DNA from: Proteromonas lacertae
Lineage: Eukaryota
DNA length: 64,000 nt
Reading direction: 5' to 3'
Assembly (NCBI GenBank): GCA_002245135.1
Contig: NGBS01000295.1
Location: forward strand, 248,001 to 312,000
In this document: piece by piece, positions 13,192 to 25,255 of the stretch
How positions within the stretch are numbered: position 1 is the stretch's first letter
How the letters are laid out: every line of letters begins with the position of its first letter
Program-made: the position numbers and the translations under genes
The notes under the pieces: model-generated
Databases searched by the model: none
What the model saw: the letters and a program-made list of their open reading frames with translations, nothing else
Told to the model about the DNA's origin: nothing

Positions 13192-16100
13192 CTAATTAGG
13201 AAGTGTAAATAAATGTCTCATTGTTGGCCTTCCATGTGGACAATTCCAAGGATGTTCTAATTCTGACAAATGTGAAACAATTTTCTTCATCCCCTTTTTA
13301 TTTAACGCTTGTCCAATCATTACACTACTTCTACAAGCTCTACTCGCAAACATATTCATAATTTTCGGAATTTTAGGATGAGAAGTAGGACAATCTAACA
13401 GCAACATACACAATTCAATGATATCTTGCTTATTAAACTCCAAATTCTTACTAAATGGTTTAGAAATTAACGACAATCTTCTACCAACAAGATTACTATC
13501 ATTCACTTCAAATCTAAAACCATTTTCTTCAAATATATCCAAGTGATTTAAAATAATATCTTCATTAGATAAACCAAGATCCAATGGTTCAGCACATATT
13601 AGATTCTGTTCATGTATTTGTGTTGTTTCTTGAAGCTTTTCAAAATTGTATTTTTCATCAGAAGCATGTTGATCAATTAGAAATATATCTCTTCCTAATT
13701 TGACTATTATAAATCCAAGATTAAATTGACCAATGATTTCCATTCTTTCAAAGTCTTCTTTTGTTATTAACCTTTCAAATTCTTTGTTGGCTGTTTCATT
13801 GTCTAATTTATAACCTGAGAAATGTTTTGAAGTGTTATTATTGTTAGAATTATCATCATTTTGATTGTCTGTTGAATCACTATTGTTATCACTATCGTTG
13901 TTGTTGTTTAATATATCATCAATAGTGATTTTAGAGAATAAAATATCAGGTGGTGAAACTAAAACTAAATCTTTATACTCTTGAGTGTGAGTATCTAATC
14001 TACATCCTTTTTCATCATCATCATCTTCTTCTTCTTCTATATTCTGATTTTGAATTATGTTTTGATCTTCTGGATTATTAACAACATCATTATTATAATT
14101 CATTTCATTCACATCAATGGGTGAACCTGGCTCAGTTGATACATCATCTTCAATATCATCGTTTTCTTTTTCTATTCTTTTATTATCATTATTACTGTCA
14201 TTCTTATTACTATTATTCTGAAATAAACTTCTTATATAACTCTATAAAAATATTATAAAATAGAATTATATACAGATGTATCAATTCTATTCTTTTTAGA
14301 TAATTTTTCTTCAAACGCTTCATCTTCTACATATTCACTTCTTCTATCTCTATCATTCATATCCAATTTAGGAATTTCCCATTTTTCGCTATTCTCTTTT
14401 TTTGATGGTTTATCATATTTCTTCTTTGTTCTTCTTTCTCTTTCTTCTGAAGTTATTTCTTTTATTTTTCTCTTTATTACTGGAGAAGTTGATCTACTTC
14501 TACTTCTACTTCTACTTCCACTATTGCTGTTTCTATTATTATTATTTCTCTTTTGATTTGTATTAGGTGTTAATTCTTTATCTAAATCACACATCATTAC
14601 ATCAGATATGTTTGAATGATTGGATGATTGAGATGTTTTATGATTTTGAGATTGTGATGATAATAAATTGTTATTACTATTACCACTAACATCATCATCT
14701 ATTAGTTGAATATTCAATTTTGACTTTTTAGATGATTTTTTTTCTTTTTCTTCTTCTACTATAGTCTCTACTTTTTCTACAAAATCATTATTATTATCAT
14801 CATCATCATCAATATGATTATTATTATTATCACATTTTTGTGATTTATTAGTTGTTTGAGTTGGTAATTCAGAGAATACAAGCATATAATTATCATTATC
14901 ATCATTATTACTTTGAGATAATAAAGATGATTGACTTAGACTAATATGAGTTAGTGAATTAGAGATAATCTCATTATTATTTGCAGTATTCTGAGTTTCT
15001 AATTTAATATTATTATTATCATCATTATCCTCTGTAATATCTATTGGAACATTTATTCCACTACCATTATTTCCACTTACAATATCATCATCATCGCTGT
15101 ATAATATATCATCAGAACATTTCTGTGAATCTTGACTAGAAGAATTAGAATCAAATCTTATAGACTTTGGCTTCCATATAAACTGCAATTTATTAGTCAA
15201 TTGCTCTAATAATAAATTCTCATCTTTTATCATTACATCTCTCTTATCAGGAGAAAGATTAATATCATAATTACCAGGTAATAAATGAATATTCAATATT
15301 AAATTAGGATGATAGTTATACCCTTTACTTTTCCATGTTTGATTGAATATCTTAATTATTCGAGAATTATCAATCGGTCTTAAGTTTAGATATAATAACT
15401 GATGTTCGTTATTACTGATTGTTTTACCATCAGATATATATCCATAAATACATTCTTCATATTCTAAATCACCAATATCTTTCCAATAATTGTTGATCAT
15501 TTCATTAGTTAAACTGTTGTTGTTATTATTTGTTTGTGAGTTTTGCACTTGTGATGATGATGAAATGTTTTTATTGAATTTGAATATAAATGGCTGTAAT
15601 TGTTTAAAATAACCAATCGTCCAATGTTGAGTTATAATGTTCGATAATGTTGATTTTCCTTGTGTATTTATTACTATCTGTTTCTTTCCTTGTGAATTGA
15701 TATTTTCACAGTAAAATCTAATATCAGGTCGACATATTGAGTAACTTGTTAAATTGTCAATTAGTTTATAATAATGACTTTTTAAATTTTTCATAAAATC
15801 CACTCTTCTTACTGGCAAAGTCTTAAATAAATCTTCGATATGGATTGTTGTACCTGTCTTTGATGCTAATTTAGTCTATTTATTTATATATTATGGATAT
15901 AATATTACCTGTTTGGTTAATTCACCTTTTTGATTATATTCAAGTTTTGTTCCACATGGTTCTGACTGTGTTTTTGTTATTATATACAATAAAGAAGATA
16001 ACTGAGCAAGTGAATGAAGAGCTTCACCTCTAAATCCATATGAACTTACTCCATCTAAATCTGAGTAATCTTTTAATTTGGAAGTATAGTTCTTTAATGC

Positions 16101-16352
16101 TACATATGCTCTATCACCTGATTCTATTCCACTACCATTATCTTTCACTTCTATAGTTTCTGCTCCATTTTGTTTTAATTTAATTTCTATTGTTGTTGCT
16201 CCAGCATCCTAATTGATAACATTCAAAATATTGATAAAATATACTAATGCATTTTCGATTAACTCCTTTACTGAAGTTTTCAAGTCAACAATTACTTGGC
16301 CACTACATATACGGTTGACTGAAGTCTTATCCAGAGGTTTAATTTGACTCAT
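13192..16352 (-). CDS. PMS2: MutL-alpha endonuclease subunit (PMS2 / yeast Pms1)
   Basis: GHKL motifs [18 protein letters not shown] and YGFRGEAL; endonuclease motif [21 protein letters not shown]. Confidence 0.95.
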
Positions 16353-16360
16353 TTCAAATG

Positions 16361-16368
16361 GCGCCAAA
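16361..16368 (-). promoter_or_regulatory. Candidate E2F-type site TTTGGCGC
   Basis: Exact TTTSSCGC match about 10 bp upstream of the PMS2 ATG in an AT-rich intergenic region. Confidence 0.3.
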
Positions 16369-16430
16369 AAAGAGATAAATATTCTTTTTCTAATTTCACA
16401 TTATTTCAATTTATATATAATCATTTTAAC

Positions 16431-17072
16431 ATGTCCAGAAGTATTAACTCATTTTTAATATATTACTAGAGCCAAATATTCCATCAATAAACCAAAATCA
16501 ACTTCAACATATTTATCATAATGATAATAATATAGTATCAAATCAACCAAATAACTACTCAGGTTATGAATTTCCTGTTAGTATTATCACAGTTTATATT
16601 TGTTATAAAGATCCTCTTGAAGGTAATTCTCATGAACCAGATTCACTCGATCCATTTTCTATGTCTCAGATGTTGAAGAAAATCCAAGAAGCAGCAGATG
16701 AAGTAAAACCTCCTTCAATTTCAACTCCTTCAATACCTAGTTCTGAAGATCAATTTTCTATAAACAATTCAAACATACCAATAGATATAGCAATACCATC
16801 TATTGATGTGTTGCCAATACCTTGTCTTAAAGATAGTTATAAAAATACTATAGATTCAGTTCAAGAGGTTTATAATGATTATATAAGGTCTCTAGACATT
16901 ATAGAGTCTTTAAAAGGAGAATTAGTTAGGTCAATTGATCATTTAAACGTATTTAATTATTACATTTGTAAATTAGTCTCTAGTTACTCAACTTGATCAT
17001 AAGAAAATTGCATTAGGAAAGGAATATGAGAGTGTGACACGTAAATTATCAAGTATGCAGAATTTAGAATAA
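16431..17072 (+). CDS. Small hypothetical protein with C-terminal coiled-coil-like segment; multi-exon
   Basis: ATG at 16431 followed by GT-AG mini-introns linking to ORF 16661; last exon ends MQNLE*. No recognisable family. Confidence 0.45.
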
Positions 17073-17180
17073 ATGTAAGTATAATTTCTGTATTTAATGT
17101 AATTTAATTGTTTCTGATATTATTTTCATTTGCTAAATAACAACATAAAACATCTTCTAATAATAATTAATGTATTAATT

Positions 17181-17393
17181 TTAATATTCTGGCGGATGTT
17201 GCTTTACAGGTGCTGACTTAATCTGGCCACGTTTGATTCTATATAAATAGTAATTTTATGATAAATACAAATAGTCACCAATACAATATACAGCAAATAA
17301 ACCAACAGCATAAGGGAATCCTGGTAACATATTACCAATTCTTGGTTTAAGTACAGGCGTTTTTCTCCATTTATTATAGTTTCCAAAAACCAT
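17181..17393 (-). CDS. NDUFB3: Complex I accessory subunit B12/NDUFB3 (60 aa; intron 17239-17268)
   Basis: Spliced product MVFGNYNKWRKTPVLKPRIGNMLPGFPYAVGLFAVYCIGDYLIKRGQ...: WR..P...PGF motif plus one TM helix. Absent from the ORF track. Confidence 0.72.
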
Positions 17394-17468
17394 CTAGATC
17401 TTACGAAAACAAAAAAAGAAACTTCAAAACTCTCAAGCTTTATAGGTTTGACTTTTTTGCATTAAAAA

Positions 17469-19587
17469 ATGTCATTATCTTTTTCAACGCCAAAAGTAAA
17501 CTATGATGCAAATTCATGGGGACCAACAACTATTCCAGACACATATCTTGGACTAGATTTTGTTTCAATACATAAAAGTGAAAAGTTGGGTAAGATTGCT
17601 GATTTTGTTGGTAAAAGAAGAAATGATGTATTGCCAGAAGGAGAGGAATCATTCACATTAGTTGATAATATTGCAACACAACGACCTAAACGTAATACTC
17701 TAATAAGTATAACATTATTTTGATTATTTTATCATAGGAAAGAAAGTTTATAGAACTAATTATAATTATGATAATAACAATAATAACTACAGAAGAAATG
17801 ATAATAAGAATTGGTATAGAAGAAGAGATTACCAAACATCTTTTGAACCATCAGTTAAAGCCAAAGCTGAATGGAAAGTTATTACACAATTCCAACTCTC
17901 AGATCTTACAAAACTATCAGCAGAAGTACCAGAAGTTGAGGATATGTATTTATATAAATATACAGTCTTATATATCTTTATAAACTTTCATAATTAAAAA
18001 ATATCACCATTAGGTCAGAATTTAGACTAATTATTATCTAAACTTTGTTACATTGGTGAAAAATCAATCATATAGTTTAATCGATTACTTGTTATAAGTA
18101 TTTGGTTTATACTATTCCATCATTTGAATTCAATGAGAGTAGAAAATACTAAAGAATTCATTTCTTTTCTATTTTTTGTTTTTACTTTCACCACGAAATG
18201 ATAATCATTTTATTATTTTTATTTTTATAGTGCAATGGCTGGTTCATTAAATTATTACAACGATCAATTAGATTCTCTAAGTACCAAGAAGCCCACAAAT
18301 CTTAATAAATATCCAGACAGAGTATTTTACTATCCAAACGCCTTTGATGATGATGTTATGGGAGAATTAGCCAAACAGAATACAGGACAAGTATATGCAA
18401 CAGATGATGTAGTAGCACAATTGGTATCATGTTCAAGATCAATCTATCCATGGGATATCTTAGTAAGAAAAGTAAATGGTAAATTATTCTTCTATAAACG
18501 AGATAATAAGATCAATTATAAGACTGTCAATGAAACAACCAGAGATCCACCAAATCCAGAAGAAAAGGAAACAGAATTATTGAGTAGTGAAGCAACTACA
18601 GTGAATCAATATTTTTCTCAACATATATTGAATTCAGGTGAAGTAAAGAAGTTTCAATATCCTGATCCATTCTTTGATGATGAAGATCCAGAAATGAAAG
18701 ATAAATCTGCTGCTCCAGTTGGTTATAGATATAGAAAGTTCCATCTAAGTGATGATTGTCTATTAATTATGCGAACTCAACTTGATGGAATTTGTAAAAA
18801 GAATAATAAAGAACAATATTATACAAGTTGTACTTTGAATGAATGGAAATTAGATGTTCCAAAACAAGATAGTTGGAGAACAAGATTAGATAATAATGTA
18901 TATATATATATATATATTATAAATGTCACTTTTAAAGTTATAATATTAGTTTTTTTAATGAACTTTTATTAGATCAAAAAGTGATATATGAAAGAATAAA
19001 ATTACTATAATCTTTAAAGAATCTTGTTCTAAGATTCTCATAGTATATTTTATTGTGATAATCTTTTTTATGAGTGAATTAATATTTCTTTATATATAAT
19101 ATAATATTAATTTTAGTAAAAAGACTTATATATTTATATATTTTATTAGAGAGTTGCTGTATTAGCTTTTGAAATGAAGCAGAATAGTTTCAGAGTTGCA
19201 AAATCAATCTGTCAAGCCATTTTCTCAGGATCAGAACAAATGAAGTTTGGTTTTGTATCTCGTAGAGCCAGCAGTGATCGATTAAATCATGTAATATTAG
19301 GTATTCAATCTGGTGCTACTAAAACATTTGCAGATCAAATGAATTTGAATTTATCTAATATGTGGGGAGTATTGAAAGGATTTATTCAGTTGTTTGATAA
19401 TGTGGAAGATGGTAAATATATAATAGTGAGAGATCCAAATAAACCTTTTGTTCGTATTTATTCAATACCATTAGATGAATTTGAAGAAGAAGAAGATGAT
19501 GATGATGATGATGAAGAAGATGGAGAGGAAGAAGATGATGAAGAAGAGGAGGAGGAAGAAGAAGAAGAAGATAATGGTGAAGAATAA
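17469..19587 (+). CDS. EIF3D: Translation initiation factor 3 subunit D; introns include 17946-18230 and 18898-19149
   Basis: WGP, KSEKLGKIADF, SF.LVD, RSIYPWDI, TVNET, YRYRKF, MKFGFVSR, LSNMWG, RDPNKP..RIY; acidic tail. Confidence 0.95.
18003..18160 (+). ncRNA. Candidate intronic H/ACA-like structured RNA 1
   Basis: Hairpin TCACCA...TGGTGA (18004-18059) with inner TTTAGA/TCTAAA stem, an ANANNA hinge, and a second hairpin ~18072-18116, inside a 285-nt intron. Confidence 0.4.
18924..19063 (+). ncRNA. Candidate intronic H/ACA-like structured RNA 2
   Basis: Stem TGTCACTTTT/AAAAGTGATA (18924-18986), an ANANNA hinge, and a second hairpin AATAAAAT-TACTAT..AGAATCTT/AAGATTCT..ATAGTA-ATTTTATT (18995-19054), then ATA, inside a 252-nt intron. 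Confidence 0.5.
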
Positions 19588-19772
19588 TAATTTATTTCTA
19601 TATCTATATATTTGTTTTTTTCAATCATTTACATAAATTATTGAGTATATATTCTTTTTTATGTTAAATTAGAAAAGATATTATTTTATATTAGAAAATA
19701 GATATTACTACAAAATCAATAAGTATATATCAATATAATGAATATAATATAGATAGAAGGAAATTAAGATAG

Positions 19773-21866
19773 TTAATTCATTGCTTTTAGTTCTTCTAAG
19801 TATGAAGTTATTTGTTCTACTGCTAAATCATTATCACTATCTTTAAAATATATCAAAGCATTTTCAAGATATTCTTTACTTCTATCTTTTTCATTCTATT
19901 AAAATAAACTAAAAGATTAAATACCTTCTTAAAGTGATATATTCCCTTTACCATATATAACTCAGCTTTAGCATCATTGTCACACTTTTCTTCTTCCACT
20001 TGATTTATATAATTGAAATATTCTTCTTCATTTCCTAACATTAAATAGCAATCTGCTATATTTCCCAATTCAAGGCTTATCTCACTATCTTTCTTAGCAT
20101 GTTCAAGTGAGTTTTGATGATATTTCAATCCTTCTTCATATTCTTTCTAATTATATAAACAAATAAACAATACAATATACCATGTAATAATAACATTTTC
20201 CCATATAATTATATATTGAATATAAATCATGATCTGTTGTGCAATACTCCAATACAGAGTTGAATAATGATATTGCTTGTTGTTGTTGTTTCTAATGAAT
20301 AAAATAGCAACATTAATACCTAATAATGATAACAGCATCCAAAATACATACTATTGAATAACTTATCTTCATCAGATGAAGAATATTCCAATGCTTCTGT
20401 ATAGAATGGAATTGCTTTTTTATAATCTTTCTATCAAAAATAATTGTTATAATAATACCAAATTAAAATAGCAATCTCCAATATATCCGTTATTCATTTC
20501 TTCATTTTTATCGGATGAAGAATATTCTAAAGCAATTTTAAAGTATGTTAAAGCTGTTTCATAATGATTCTATCAAAAATAATTATTATAATAATACCAA
20601 ATCAAAATAGCAATCTCCAATGTTTCTATTATTCATTTCTTTATCTTTATCTAATGAAGAAAGCATTAAAGCAATTCTAAAATAGTGAATTGCTTCTCTA
20701 TATTCTTTCTATTTTACAATATAATTAGTGTAGGTATACTATATTGTAATAACAATCGCCAATATGATTATTACAATATAATCTTTCTTCAGGCGATGAG
20801 GAATATTCTAATGATATTCTAAGATAAGTAATTGCTTCTTTCCATTCTTTCTAGATTAATATATATCATATTTCATTATACATTTTCATAATAATAGTCT
20901 CCTATCATCTTATTCATTTTGTAGTTTTCTTCAAGAGAGTTATTCTCTTTCATTTCATTTACTATTTCATTCACTTTTTCATTTTCATTTTTCTTTAATA
21001 GTTCTTTTATCTCATTCATCATTCTATCTAATTCAATTTCTATTATATCATACAAACTATATTATATACCTTTTATTGATTGGATTATTTCATCAATTGT
21101 TAAACGATTTTGTTTTTTTACTATCAACATTTTACTCAGTAAATCATTATATTTTTCAGATAATGAAGCATTTGGGTTATATTGGAAATCTATTAATGAT
21201 TTAATCAAATCATATTTTGATTCTGTTTTGAATGGTGTTTCTTTTGTTAATAATTTATAATACACTACTCCAATATTCCAAATATCACTATTTATTGTCG
21301 TTTCTTCATTTCTCAATACTTCTGGACTTGAATAGATTATTTCTTTTACATCAACTTCATTCTCTTTCTTCAATAAATACTCTAAGTTATCAACTATTGT
21401 TATTTCTCCATCATTATCTAATAACAAATTACTCAACTTTATATTGTTATAGATTATTCCATTTTCTTGTAATTTCTTTATTCTTTCTACTAATTTTAAC
21501 ATTATTTTGTTTATTTCACTCTCTTTTATCTCACCATTCTTTAATTTTTCTTCAACATTACTTTTATACTTTTTCATCACCAATATGAAGTATTTATCTT
21601 TCAATACGGTTTTATCATATGTCAAAATATTATTCAACTTTAATTCTTTCTCTTTTTCTACTAATTCAACAAATTTACAAATATTTCCCTCATTTATTTT
21701 TTCTTTGTAATACATCTTCACATATTTTAGTTCATCATTACTTTTCTCTTTTACTTCAAGCAAACAATACAATTCATTCTTCTTTAGGATTTCTATCAAC
21801 TATTTCATATTAAATAATAGTAATATATACATTATATTCATCACTTATCACTTTAAACTCTTCCAT
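19773..21866 (-). CDS. Pseudokinase-TPR protein; in-frame TAG at 20320-20322 (truncated or pseudogene)
   Basis: Kinase fold with YNNIKLSN (no catalytic Asp), YSSPE and SDIWNIG; then 37-aa TPR-like repeats (A..YF..ALE...IGDCY..L) on 111-nt exons. Confidence 0.75.
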
Positions 21867-22199
21867 TGACAAAATATTTAGAAATATGTTAAAATGGTTT
21901 ATGTAAATAGTTTTTATGTAAAAACTTCAAATTTGATTTTTGTATGTAAAATATGCAAATCGCATAACAATATCATAAATATTGCTTAATATCACCACTT
22001 ATCCTCATTTCTACTCATACACTGAGTATTTCATACAAAATCCATAATTCAGTCAACTTCAATTATTCAACTCTTAAACTTCATAATATTTATATTCAAC
22101 TATTTCTGCATTAATTTTACATCATATATATGTTAAATTAGTATTATTCGCCTAGTCTAGTATTACATTAATAATATATAATCAGTTTTTGTTAAGAGC

Positions 22200-22670
22200 G
22201 ATATTGTTGAGTATAAATTTTCAACATTTGACCTGAGTCACAGAAAGACTAGCAAAGGACAATGATGGGAAGGGATATATATACCAAAGAACATCCTTTC
22301 TGTAAGTGTTGAAGAATTTAGTTACTTTCATAAATTCACTTAAATTATTGTCTATAATAATTATTCCAAATAAGCACATTTTTCAATCATTAAATTGGCT
22401 ATTTTATAATTAAAACTCTTTTCATTAAAGATTTATATAGGAATTGTATATACTATCAATTTTGTGTTTTTACAACTAATTATTATATAATATCTGCATA
22501 TATATACATCTTTGTATGAGCAATCATTTGTGAGGTGAGATTTGTAAATGTTAGTTTGTAATTTGTATATTTTATTTTGTCATGCAATTCATTCTCTCTA
22601 TTAGTCATTATATCTTTGTTGTAATAAGAGTAAATTTCATCATAACACTTTTTATTTGTATTTAAAAATG
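22200..22670 (-). CDS. Possible additional spliced exons of unknown function (separate small gene or 3' extension of the neighbouring gene)
   Basis: Open frame (..DIMTNRENELHDKIKYTNYKLTF..) continuing through several GT-AG mini-introns. Boundaries uncertain. Confidence 0.3.
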
Positions 22671-22859
22671 AAAAGCTTGAATAGAAATCAAGCTTGAATA
22701 TATTTTAAATCTAAAAATAACATGTTACAATATATAAATTAACTAACTATTAGATTACATTAAAAAAGAATGCAAGTTATGGATGTATGATATCTTTCTT
22801 CAATTATAATATTCATTCCTTTTTATTTAATTCACACTTTTTATCAAATAATAAATAAA

Positions 22860-24201
22860 TTAATAACTAAAAACATATGCAAAACATTCTGATAATTCTT
22901 TTCCTATTCTATTCTTGTTATATTTTATTCTTATATTTGAATTTTCAAACACATAGTTTGTCTCTTTTTGTATAATATCTGATATTTCTTGTTGCAATAA
23001 GTTGTTATTATCACTATCATCATCGTCATTTTCATTTTTGTTATTATCTAATTGTTGCAATGGTGGTGGAGAAGGAGGATATTCACGATTTTGTTTTATG
23101 TTTATTAGTAACTGATAGAATTTTTCTCTTCTTTCTAAATCTTCTTCAATCTTCCTCAAATATTTTCTTATTTGATTAACCAGAAATTTGTCACTCGAAG
23201 ATTTTTTAATATCATCTAAACAGTTTGGATTTGCAAGTAATTCATTGTATTTCTCTATAATGGCATTTAATAAATTATCTGATATATTATCGATATTCAT
23301 TCCAGTTTCAACAGAAAAATCTAACTTTGTTTTAAGAATTTCATCTTGTTTTATCTTAGCTTCTTCTTCTTCTTCTTCTTTTCCTTCAAATGCCAAACAA
23401 CTTAGTCTTCTTCTATCTACATTCTTTTCATTTTCATCTTCTTGGAATATTGTATAATCTTCATATAATCTTTTCTTATTATTACCTAAAGAATATTTAT
23501 TATTTCTTTTACCAAAAGAAGTAGATGAATATCTTTCATTACTTCTAGCTGAGATTGATCTTCTATTATTATTATTATGATTATTCAGTTGATTGCAAGT
23601 AATATTTTCAATCTCATCGATAGATAAAGATGAAGAAACATCATTAAATACCATTGGATAATATTTCCTTAGATCATTTATATCGGATTTCGAAGAAAAA
23701 ATGTATGAAGAAGGTTTGTTTAAACAACTTTTTGATCTTTTTTCTATTTGTTGTTTTCTTCTTTGATTATGCTGTTTGGTTATATTAAATATATCTTCAT
23801 TATCCATATCATAATCTCTACATGTAGTTTTGTAGTATTGTCTTACTCTAGATATTGTTTCTATTACATTTTGTATAGTATTTAGGGAAGCAGAAATATT
23901 TCTATCATTCATATATTGATACTGATTCTGTGATATAAGTGATGATAATTTTATAAGCTTTTCATCTGATATTTCTTTTATTATTTTATCAATGTTATTC
24001 TCAAGGCATTTAAAAAAGTTTTCTGGTTTTTGTAAGGAAAAATCATCCTAAATATATATTGTAAATATAAATTATACAAATAGAACAGAAAATCTAGGAC
24101 AATGTCTTATTAGAAAGTATCTGAGTAAATTTATGTTATCTATATTGCTACTTCTGTCTTTCTATATATAAATAAAGTGATATTAACCTTACATTATTCA
24201 T
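22860..24201 (-). CDS. Hypothetical protein, low complexity/coiled-coil
   Basis: 350-aa ORF extended upstream in frame through two mini-introns. Start and end uncertain; no recognisable domain. Confidence 0.5.
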
Positions 24202-24406
24202 ATTCACAAAATATAACTGTCAAACCATATCAAGCTCTTCATATAAACTAAATAAACCAATCATAATATGCCGGTATATCATATCTAAGCGATTATTATA
24301 TGTTAATATTAGTTCTTTTAACCCCATCACATTCAAAAACATGAAACATGAATTAAATATTATAAATAAAGGATAATTAGGAAAAATAGAATAAAGATAA
24401 GGAAAA

Positions 24407-25033
24407 CTAATTGCTGTTAACATGATTCTTAAGATTCTCAATAATTTTCTTCTCATATATCATGAAATCATCATCAGACATATAAATTTGTTGTTCATCA
24501 GACTTTACAACATCTATATATAAATACAATTAATCAATACTTTCAGATTTTGTCTTTGATTCTTTCTTCTCCTCATACAAAGAAGCTGCTATTTTGTTAT
24601 TTACCTCTCTAATACGCTGTATTTTTAGTTGTTGAATTTCTTTTGGAGTAAAATATGATTTCTTCTGTTGAAATGCTAAAAGTATATAAATAATGTATAA
24701 TACCTTCTGATTCTTTTCTTGATAAATCATTTTTCATCTTTTTTTGTGCATCAGTTCTCTTTCTATCTTCTTCTCTTCTTGCTAATTTCACTTTCATCTT
24801 TTGATCAACTTCACTTCTCAATGATGGATCAATAAGTATTCTATAAGCTTGTGCAATTTGATCAAATTTGTCTCCTATCCAATAAAACATTAAACAATAC
24901 CTGCTTTAGGATCATTTGGGTTTTTATCTGGATGTAGTTTCTTTGCCATATTTTTATAAGCCAATGTGATTTCTCTGGTAGATGCTCCTGGTTGTATATT
25001 CAGCAATTCATAATAATCAACAAAATCAGACAT
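24407..25033 (-). CDS. J-domain protein, DNAJC17/Cwf23-like, lacking the RRM; 3 introns
   Basis: DYYELL..HPDKNP..F..I.QAY.IL.D J-domain, then charged helix KMKNDL..KE and C-terminal [10 protein letters not shown]. Confidence 0.75.
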
Positions 25034-25255
25034 TAATAAAAACTATGGTGTTTGAAAATTATGATTAACCAAAATACATTTAATACAGAAACAGTTCCCG
25101 CCTTTTTCATACGTTTTATTCCCTATTTAAATAAAAAACGTTTTTTAGTTCTGTTACTTTTTATTAATTTTATAAATATTAGTATATATATAAACTTATT
25201 TGCTTTTAATCTTTACTTATAATAATTCGCTTATTATATTCTATAGGTAGAGAAA

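Noticed and set aside
17190..17400. snRNA or other ncRNA suggested by a locally higher GC patch
   Set aside because: Explained by the spliced NDUFB3-like CDS on the minus strand.
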